The translations under genes were made by a program, and so were the position numbers. From contig CM060733.1 of assembly GCA_030704615.1 (NCBI GenBank), forward strand, positions 47,430,001 through 47,494,000: DNA of 64,000 nucleotides, written 5' to 3'. Below, piece by piece: positions 12,829 to 22,339 of the stretch. How positions within the stretch are numbered: the first letter of the stretch is position 1; each line of letters opens with the position of its first letter. Under the pieces are notes generated by a model. That model had not been told where the DNA came from and did no database searches. It saw only the letters and a list, made by a program, of their open reading frames with translations. This DNA comes from Takakia lepidozioides. Lineage: Eukaryota > Plantae > Bryophyta.

Positions 12829-13442
12829 TGTCACGGACATAGCCCAGAACAACTTACCAGGAGTAAATACCAGAAGTTACCAAGTTACTATGACTTACCG
12901 TGATTTACCGTGATCTACCATGATTTACCATTACTTACCAAGTTACCGGGAGTTTACCAAATTACCAAGAGTAACTTGGGAAACTATTCAAGAAGCTTCA
13001 TTTGGAAGAAACTTCTCCATCAAGATACCTCTTTTGTTTAAGGAAGCTTCTTCATCAAGAAACCGTTGTTTAATCTTGGAAACTTCTCCAGCAAGAAACC
13101 TCCATAGGGGAAGCTTCTTGGGGAAGCTTCTTAGTAGCCAGTATATATAGGAGGCGAGACTGGACACTCTTCAGTCTCGCCAACACCAGTTCAAGCTACT
13201 CTTGTTTCCAGTTCCCAGTATTCTAGCCCAGTTTCCAGTATCTGGTACTCTAGTCCAGTTTCCAGCATTCCAGTATTCAAGTCGTGTTCCAATATCTTGT
13301 ACTCTTGTTCATTGTTATAAAGATAGTCTTGATTCATATTTACTCATCGTGCATTCGGCCACGCCGACCTTGACTTCTTGTCTAGCATTGTACCTCTAGT
13401 TTTATCTCTTGTTTGTGTTTAGTCATGTTCTCGTCCTTGACA
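12829..13442 (+). repeat. 3' LTR (614 bp)
   Basis: TGTCACGG...CCTTGACA followed by the TSD CGCTT. Confidence 0.95.
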
Positions 13443-15545
13443 CGCTTCACAAGACTGACTCCGCTGCGCTCCCTGGCTGTGGACATTTTGAAAAGGTACA
13501 CTTTGTTCGACCCTTGACCTGGGAACACACTCTCTTGAATGTAGTCATACCTGCTCCGTCGCTTCAACTCGAAAATGTTATCAACGTACCATCTGTTAGC
13601 AGAGCCCATCCTCAATGCATTCACCTGGTTTTTAATGTTCGGCGAGCTCAAGGTAGAGAAGTGATCCATAACATTGTCTAAGGCTGCCCCGTCGAGTTTC
13701 CTGCCCACAGAATCTCCTTCACTAAGAATATGGATTTCCAGGAAAGTCTTGCTTGCTCTAAGAACAATTGTGGAGGTGATGGCTGTTGGATTGCTCTTAT
13801 ACTCTTGTCTTATCAACCTGGATACTGTTTCAACGTTTTTCCTGTAATCCCCCTTCAACACTGGATGGTTGTGGAACCTGAAATGCACACCGGCTCTAGT
13901 CAAGGTTGGAAAACGGTGCACCACATAGTACATTCTTGCTCCACACATTACCACAGAGGAAGGCGCTCGTTTGCAGAACTTGCAAACGAAAGTGTTGGAG
14001 CTTGGAGGTGCTTCACCGGGCTTGAAAGGATTATCGGCGACACCCTCCCACTCGCTCTGGTTCTGAACCTCTGACCGCAGGAAATGTCTACAACTCAAAT
14101 TCTCGCACCTCAGGTGCCCATTGCACACCGCTCTCCTGAACACGAGATTGTCATCATTTTGAATATTGGATGTCTTCGTTCTGCACCATGGGTGTCCATC
14201 GTGTCTCTTGTCCATTCCGTGCATGAGGCTCGAAACAGGTCCACCCCGCCCAGGTGGAGGCAGCTCGAAGACGACATCCCCATCAAAAGACCCCAGAATG
14301 TACTGCACACGCTCAACAGGGACAGTGTCCCAGTCAATCCCCCGCAATTCACTCTTGAAACCGGGCATTCCTCCCATTGACTTCAGTTTAGGAATGACAC
14401 TACACAGGTCCTTCAATTCCGGCACCATGGCAACCGGAGAAGGAACCTGTCTTGAACAACAAAAGCAGCAGTTCCCGGCGTCACATACGAACCAATCGAC
14501 TGCCGGCGAGGAGCTCCAAGGACTCTGTATCTTCCTGGAGGAACTCCACTAACTCATAACTGCGTTTTCATCCGGTTTCTGGAAAGCATACTTTATCAAC
14601 TTCCCATCGACACCGTAAACCTCTCTTTCCAGCCACATAGTACCATACTGGAACTCGAAACGCGTTGCTAGGAGATGTTCCTCCGCAATTGCAAAACCAT
14701 TGTCATCGGTCTCCTTCGAGAAAGATACTGGTTTCTCCACAGAGTAAAACTCCGCTTCGAAGGAAGCCATGTTGCTGCAAGAGAAATTCCCTCGCAGAGG
14801 TGCGGAAGCCACAAAGTGCGGAAGCCACAACTTCTGTGGGGATTCTTGCTACAAACGATAGTGGGGATTACATTTCTCATGCTTTGCATTTCAATCCGAA
14901 ACCTAGAAGTTCGTCACCCTTACTAACGAGGTCGGCAAATGACAACACGTCATGTATGTCCCAAACCGTTCTGGGAGGGTCAACCAAGACCTATTTTAAA
15001 GCTGATATACCGTTAAAGAACCTTTCAGAAACAGTTGTCAAAACAGTTCATAAAACAGTTGGTAAGCAGTTATGTGCCTTTACCGACCCATGTGAAATGA
15101 CGCGGGAGACCGACATCCCATGCCACCCCAATGTGTTCAGCCACGTAGAACCCGACAATGCATTGAGTGTAGGGTTTAAGAGGAATCGGCGGCGAACGAA
15201 TGGAAGATGTTGAACCGGGAGAATCCAAAAAATCTACCGAAATAAGTCATCCATCCGTATCAAATCCATGCGATGGCCATACCTCCATAATGAAAGACGG
15301 CGGCCACTACAGAATGGACCAATGTGCCGTTAGGAGGGGGACACGTATGCAGTGAATACATGCATAACCGCCGAGAGCGATGCCCCGGCTGCTACTCATT
15401 GCACGACGTCTCTCATTCCAGTAGATCGTAGTTTTTCAAGCTGGAGAGTAGCAGGAGACAGAGTTCCGCGCGAGAGAGTGGAAGGCGTAGAAGACAGTCA
15501 TTCTTTCTTACTTCAGCGCAAGAGAGGAAGAAGACAAGAGAGAGA

Positions 15546-17835
15546 ATGAAAGGTCGCAAGCTGAACATGACACTGAAGGAGATCGCAGAGGAGAGCGCAG
15601 CCCGGAAACCGAACACAAGGCGGGGGAGGACCAGCCGCCAGCTCCTGATGAAGTTGGGGACGAAACTGCGTCAGAGGACGACACAGACGAGACAGACGCT
15701 CTTGCGAAGGAATCCACGCCGAAGGGGAAGAACGCCGTGGAGGAGGAGGCGACGCCGAAGGGTAAGAAGACTGCCCAAACTGGGAGGACGGCCGCCATTG
15801 TTGCTACATCAAAGCCATCTAGGAGTTCTTCGGCCAAAGGACCTCAGGTGATTCTCTTACTTGCCATCCTCTGTCAAGTTTCCAGGGCATGAAAATTGCG
15901 TGCGGTGGCGCATGCAATTTTCTTGCCCTCTTTTCTGCTATTTTCTGCTTGATCATTCAGAGTAAGACCACAGGGATGCAGGCAATGCACAACACCCAAA
16001 CCCGGGGGTGACCCACTTCTCACTTTTCATGTACTGCATAGGAAGAGAAACTTTCACATTTCATAATGGTTGTACCATCCCAAGTAGTGAGATTAGAGTT
16101 TGAGATATGAGAGAAGGTCATAGAGAGAACCTCCAGAAATTGCGTGCGTCAACGCACGCAATTTCTGAATGTTCTCTCTATGACCTTCTCTGTGTTAACA
16201 GCGACATAAACCCTGAAAACTCCGCAAAGTGAGTGTGAGAGAACCCCCATAAATTGCGTGCGTCAACGCACGCAGTTTCTGGAGGTTCTCTCACACTCAC
16301 TTTTCTGCCTACAGCGAGATTTGATTAACTGTCTGCAACATACTTTTATGGAAGAGAGTAGATTAACATTGGGTATGAAATAGACAAAGAAATGAGTACC
16401 TTTCAGAGGGTAGAAAATTGCGTGCGTTGAAGCACGCAATTTCTGGCAAGTCTTTTACATTCGTAATATATCATTTTGAGTGCAGACGAAGAAAATGAAA
16501 GGTGCTACTCAGGTCAAGGAAGAAGTGATTGAGCAGGAACTGGTGGTTGTTGAGGAGGAGGACGATGGCAGGCCCTATGAAGACAGAGCGAAAGATCTAT
16601 TTTCCTTCTCCAAAGTGAATTATGCCCAAGTCATCAAGGCCATGGGCGTCCCTGGGAGAAAAACAATGATACCCCTATGTCGTTTGATTTCCATGCCCTT
16701 CGTTCGACCAGCTCTCACGAATGACATTCAAAAGTTGGAACAAGATTTTTGCCATGGGTACATAGAGGATCAATCTGTTTTTTACGTCTCCTTGGCGGAC
16801 TCCGCTGGCAGATAGGTGTTGGTGGACGAGTCCGTTGTTGGAGGCTGGGATCCTATCTGGCGACAGATAAACGAGGAGTTCGAATCTATCATTTGCAAAA
16901 GGCTCGTCACCCAGCCTTTCTCAGGCAAGATGTTTCATGTCTGGGATGGCAACCACCGATTGCTTGCCTGGAGGAACATGATCGAGAGATATCATAGCAC
17001 CGAGGAGGAGTGGCACTACTCTGTGGCCTCAATGGTGCTGGATCCCAAGGGAAACATCACTGCACTGTTGACGGCAATGCATGACGTTAACAAGTAAGTG
17101 TCTTCTTCACCTTTTATTGTCCGCATTTTTTCCATGACTGTCTGTTCGCTTTTAGCACTCATTGACGACACACCACTGTATGTGACAGGGGAACTGAAAC
17201 CGCCCATGTGACAATGAACCTTCTTCACACACTATTCAGGATCCAGAATATCGGCCAGATGCCCCTCAATTCATTCAAGAGCATCCTGAGTGCGGAGTCA
17301 TTCAATAAATGTTTGACATCGAGAACATCAGATACCTGGTACAAGCTGAGGAGATAAGCATTCATGGAGTACATGTACACGGTAAGTATTCCATCGCTTT
17401 GGCCTTCCATTGTCTGTTGTGATTGTCAGTAATAAGTGATCTCATTCCGGATTACGTTTTGCAGCAAGAAATAGCTGAAGCTGGAGAGAGAGAAAAAACA
17501 GACTACTATTTGAAAAACCCGGAGGGTATGAGAACGTCCAAGGGAGTGGCGGAAACCATGAAGTTTACGATGAATGAGATACAGAAGAAGCTCATGAGCG
17601 CTTTCGTGAAACAGCTGAGAATAGCTGACCCTGATTTTGTTCCCGAGTTCCTTAACCGGTGAGGATCCACTGGAACAATAACACCAAACTGGAAAAGCTT
17701 CACCGGTTGTCAACTGCAGCGGTGGAAGCAGACCAGGAAGTGAAATGGTTGGAGATTTGGAATTCCGACCCAACTGTCAAGGATACATACTGCTTCCCTA
17801 GGGGTGAAAGAGATGAGAACACCGGGCACATCAAA
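15546..17835 (+). pseudogene. ParB/Srx-domain cargo gene, copy B (3'-truncated before the methyltransferase region)
   Basis: Exons at ~15546-15847 (low complexity, acidic/basic), 16486-17093 (VRPALTNDIQKLEQDF...MFHVWDGNHRLLAW, DGNHR at 16945-16959), ~17240-17381 and ~17465-17835. Colinear with copy A with the same intron positions. In-frame stops, e.g. 16813-16815. Confidence 0.75.
15885..16443. repeat. Four palindromic repeats with core AAATTGCGTGCG-n4-CGCACGCAATTT inside intron 1 of copy B
   Basis: Units at 15885-15928, 16110-16191, 16226-16303 and 16414-16443; the middle two extend to ~80-nt hairpins. Confidence 0.9.
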
Positions 17836-18243
17836 CCCTGAAATTTTTCTAAGTCCTTGTTCATCTACCACAGCGGACCTTCTAGCGGACTGGGCAGACC
17901 CTCCAACATACCGACTCCAACCTTCGAGCGGACTGGAAGACCCTCCGACAGACCGACGAGCGGACCGGCAGACTGGGCACACCCTCCAACACACCACAAA
18001 ATATATATATATAATAACACACGTTACTACCACACTACAACCTCACAGGATTTAAACACAAAACCTAATGTGTGTTATTCATTGCTCTTAACCACCACAC
18101 TACTTGCTACTTTCTACAAACTTTTGAAATAACTTATGCTTTATGTGCACATTGTGGGCCCATCAGACTACCTTGCTGGGCAGACCCAGCAGCAAACTGG
18201 CGGGGTCCGGGTAGGGGCACTCCCACCCTCCGCTACCCCCTAG
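17836..18243 (+). mobile_element. Short repeat-rich TE end, possibly a Helitron-like 3' terminus
   Basis: Internal gcggactgg(g)cagaccctcc repeats; GC-rich gggtag...ctaccc hairpin followed by CTAG at 18240-18243 (next base is C, not the canonical T). Confidence 0.35.
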
Positions 18244-18314
18244 CATCTCTTTAGCTTGTAAGTTTGGGTGAAAGAAAACTCCCTGTCTAATGATGCAAAA
18301 TGGTTTTCATGCAG

Positions 18315-21300
18315 AAAAAATTGGAGCATACTCAAGAGGCTCTAACTGAAGCCAATGACAGTTTGAAGGGCCCATTTTGCAGTCAGAGAACGTGATTTGG
18401 TCATATCAAATCAGAGGGAAGCTGGTCAGTCATTCAATCTTGTTCTGATCAATCTAATAGTTAGTCTTCCAGCACATTGTTTTAGTTGAGGACAGACCAT
18501 TTCTGATTCGTGTCCATTGTTGCAGAGAAAGCACTCTTAGATCGTGCAGCTGAACTACGGAAGGAACTTGAGACAACTGTTCAAGATGTTGAAGGATTAT
18601 TTGCAAAAATAGGTAATAGCAGCGCCCTGGCCTGCGTATGCTGTTTGGGTGTTGTTCTGAGAGGGCCTTTCATCTCTCTCCTACACAACCGTTCTTTCCC
18701 GACCATTCTTTTGAGCTGTTATGGCATTCTTGCAAACAGCCATTGACTGAAGGGTGATGGGGTAAACAGAGCGAAAACAGGAGCTGGAGGCAAGGAACCA
18801 ACAAGTGGTCCAGAGTTTCCAGAGTGGGCTGACGGGGCAGATGCAAGAGCTTCGTAGTATGGTGGTGGCAGGTGTAGCCCAACAGCAGCAGCAGCTCCAC
18901 ACTCTGGAGCAACAGCTTCGTCTTTCATAGACGGCAAAGACCAGGTCCTTCAGTCCCCTAATTAACAGGCTGACTCTTCTGCTAAGCTTTTTGCATCGTG
19001 CTTGACTTGAATATAGCAAGCGATGGCTGGTTTTTGTTGTCTAGCTTTGCAGTAAGTATTTTGTTTGCTCAACACTTGCAGGCGGTGGATGAGTTGAAGA
19101 AAAGACTGCAAAGTCTGAGGTCCATGTACTCTTCACAGCTTCAGTGCGTGCACAATGTGGTCTATGCACATGAGAGCATTTCCACCTCCACGTTTGAGAC
19201 CCTCCATTCCACAGTGTCTGCTCATCCTTCTATCCTTGAACAAGTAAGCTGCCCTGGACTCGATTTGGTGTTTGCCACAGATTGAACTGGAATTCAACTG
19301 CATCACATTTGCAATGACGTGTTTAATTGCTGGAGAATGTCACGATCTTCCTGATGGGTGGGTGCAAACATTCCTGGGGATGGTACAGCTGATGGTGCAA
19401 ACAGTTGCAGATGTTGAGGCCCTATTGCACAACCTGCAACAGGCACTATCAGACCAAGGGCTGGAATTGGCTGCATTTGCCCAACAACAACGTGAGGTCG
19501 GGCAATAACTGTAGTGTTTGTCTTGTGTCCCTCTGACATGATATATTATTTGCTTACAAGGTTTCAAAGGACAATTGTATGTGCTATATTTCAGCTTGTT
19601 GTACACAATCTGGATCAGTTTTAAACTGCAACCAAATCTGCAGCGAGGTCATTTACAGGACTTAACAGGTGAACATCTCTTCAATTCAGGATACTTCAGT
19701 GTTTTCTAAGATAGGCTGGTTGAGCTGCAGGCAGTACAGATTAGCATGGATGCTACGAGATCTATTTCTCAAGTCATTTTAAGGTCATTATCAAACATGG
19801 AGACAGATGCTGCTGAGTTTGGACAATGCATCAGCACAAGCTGCACAACTCATGACCAAGGTCTCAGTGACCTTGCGGAGGCTTACGAGGTGATCCTCTG
19901 TACCATCCACTGGCACATGGCAGCTGCGGCGTAGTCGGGTAGTTTATAATACACGAGACCAGATGAATGTCCAAGGTATTCTAGATGGTCTCTTCAGCTA
20001 GCTGATGCACCCGACATGTCCTGACTTAAGCTATTGATGTACTTGCAGGACTATTCAAGGAAAGAGCATAATCAGCTGCTGGAGAATATCACTGCAATGC
20101 TGGCCAACTCTATGTAAGCAGGTTGAGAGAAACAGCCACAAGAGATGCCCATGTGCTGCAGCAAGGCCTTGGGAAAGTGCAGCAGGAAGCTGTAGCTGCC
20201 AAGGGTGACCTGCAAGCCTTCCTTACCAATGCAGAAGGGTCTGCAGTAACAGCATCTGCATTGTTGGCGGCCAAGCACTGCGTATGGAAGAGGTCCTCCA
20301 AAATTGGTGTGTCCCTGTGAATCTTTTGTTTGTGAGGGTGAATTCCAGTGAGATTCTGGTCAATAAGTGTTTGACATGTGTTGATCCAACTTCATCTGAA
20401 AATGTTGTGTTGATGCAGTGCAAATGACACTGCGACTGCTGGAAAGCAGTGGAAACTGGCTCAAGAGTCGCTACAGGAGCTGGAGACAAGTCATACCTCT
20501 GTTGTGACGTCCATTATTGGGTTGGTACCCAGTTCCGTTGCCTTCTGTCGAGATTAGCAAGCAGGCTGTCCCATCAACTTCTCCTATGACAGTAATCTTT
20601 CATCTGTATAGGTGGTTAACATGGTCCATTTTCAGCTAATGAAATGACATTTGATGCCCCTACAGTGGGCTGGTTTTGTATCAGAAACTAATAGGAGGGT
20701 TGCTGCAAACTTTGGATGTTGTTTCTCTGCAGGGAAGGAATGCAAGCAAATCAGGATCTTACAGTCAAACTTCATCAAATGGATGCTACAGCTCAGTCTG
20801 ACATTGAGACTGAAAACAGCTGCACTCTGACTTTCATCAACAGTATGTGCACTCTCGACCCTGGGTTCTTCCTCCTCTGTGGAGGCAGGTTTCACTCTTA
20901 TATGTTGCAGAAGAAACTTTGTCTTAACACCATTGGCATGCAGGTACCCGTGATGAAGACCATGAAGCAGTTGCAAGAATGCAGTCCACCATGGACGGAA
21001 AAAGGCTAGCTGCCACGGATCTTGAAAAATGCCACAACAACAATTTGGTTCATATTCAATGGGCATGGACCATTGCTTCAATGATGAATACATGGTAGGA
21101 TTTCATTCCCACCCTACCTGCACTTGCATTACTTTCAGTCACGTTTTTATACTGGTTTTTCTGTGACCTCAGTCACAGTGAAAAACATGGCATATGAACA
21201 ACTTCAGCATTTTTGGGGTGCAGGAGGATGCTGCAACAGCCACAACTCCAAGAAAGAGAGAGATTCATGTGCCAAGCCTGCCCTGTGCACTCCTCCCCTT

Positions 21301-21438
21301 GACATTTTGCTGCAGGAGTTTCAAGCCAAAAACAGTGCACTGGTGCTTGAAGGAAGTGTCAAGCAGGGCAAGCTCTTTACGCCAGAAGGTGCATCAATGC
21401 TGCGGGACTGCCGCATACCTCTCACCACACTTAATTAG
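18315..21438 (+). pseudogene. Kinesin-5 (BimC/KRP125-like) stalk and tail exons; motor domain absent; stops and frameshifts
   Basis: Spliced exons EKALLDRAAELRKELE...GLFAKI, ERKQELEARNQQVVQSFQ, AVDELKKRLQSLRSMY, LAAFAQQQRE; BimC-box-like TATTPRKREIHVPS and terminal RIPLTTLN. Lesions at ~18375, ~20070, ~21008 and ~21283. Confidence 0.8.
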
Positions 21439-22339
21439 CTCAGCCTTCGCAATTGTATCTTCGCCACGACATCAACTCCAGTTGATTTTATATGCTTCTG
21501 TTTTTCATCTAAGCGCCACTCCTTTCAGAAATTTGTGAATTCCAATCTTATAGGCTTTCTAACTTATTGAGAAGCCTCCACCTTCATGCACTGTATGGTA
21601 TCAATGCCCTCCTATTCTGGAATTGTAATGCCATTCCTGGAAGGCTGTTTAGCATACTCCCCTTTGCTAACATGTAGCTGGTACAATGTTGTGCAACGTC
21701 CAAGTACCAGATCGGCAATTGTTGCTGCCACTCTGCATGCCCAATTTTCCAGGCTTGCAATTTGTGTCAATTGTGGACTAAGAATTTTGTAGAAACAGAC
21801 ATTGCCAACTCAGCTCTAATATGGTCTTCAACATAAACATTGAAAGTTTGTCAACTCTGTCAATCAAGTTAAAATAAAGCCTTAGGCATTTCAGATAAAT
21901 ATCCATTATTCCTGTGGTTGCTAGTCAGAGCTCTGTCACGGTAGCATTACTATCTGAATAAAATATTCCACCAGCTGCTCTTTCTCCTTTTCAGAAAAAA
22001 TCAGGAGTAAAGTAACAGTTACTGTTCAAAAGAGAAGCTCCGAAACAGCTTGTGACCATAGAGAAAACCTCCAATTAACTCCCACAGTGCAGAGCACAGA
22101 AAAGGGGCTTTGTTGTTACACCTCGCCACACTAGAGCCTTGGTAGCAGTTGAACAATCACAAGCTATGTTGGAAGTAGTTTGCCATTTCACTGCTCCTTG
22201 CTCAGTCTGACAGACCAGAAGTCTTGACAAAACGTACTTGTCCAATTGACTTTGGCCAACGAGCAGCACTAAACATGCTGCTATGTTCAGAGACTCCTTC
22301 AAACCAGACTTCTTCAAATTGCTCCTGGTGGCACAAAAA

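Larger units (their letters stand above)
8902..13442 (+). mobile_element. Ty3/Gypsy chromovirus LTR retrotransposon, internally deleted (protease and most of RT missing)
   Basis: TG...CA LTRs; 5-bp TSD CGCTT at 8897-8901 and 13443-13447; gag, RT thumb/RNase H, integrase and chromodomain in Gypsy order. Confidence 0.95.
6825..14830 (-). pseudogene. MULE-type transposase: WRKY-GCM1/GCM-like Zn domain, DDE core and C-terminal SWIM finger; interrupted by an LTR retrotransposon
   Basis: GCM-like: HPWCRTKTSN...CNGHLRCENLSC...CKFC...CGAR...HFRFHNHP. DDE core: FLMFDNVKR / FAGFTADSA* / YLFHW / CNLAETVH. SWIM: CTCPDF...CKHLYF. Removing 8902-13447 restores the frame VSLVKR|MQKGGD. Probable in-frame intron at 8317-8207. 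Stop at ~8652 and frameshifts at ~8705 and ~7100. Confidence 0.8.
6350..17835. mobile_element. Decayed Mutator-like (MULE) DNA transposon with divergent transposase (-) and ParB cargo gene (+); right end lost or truncated
   Basis: Left boundary is where copy A coding sequence stops abruptly and a repeat-rich terminus begins. Contains a GCM-DDE-SWIM transposase (14830-6825) and, head-to-head, ParB gene copy B (15546-17835). No matching right TIR or TSD was found. Confidence 0.65.

Noticed and set aside
9011-13399. ORFs 9011-9241, 12920-13150 and 13202-13399 as genes
   Set aside because: They lie inside the LTRs; their similarity simply reflects the LTR duplication.
15885-16443. Palindromic repeats as a CRISPR array
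   Set aside because: Eukaryotic intron context, irregular spacing (about 115-245 bp), spacers partly self-complementary, and no cas genes.
3480-18243. TIR pair between ~3500 (gttagagggatagccgg) and ~18240 enclosing one giant element
   Set aside because: The match is short and imperfect, with no TSD.
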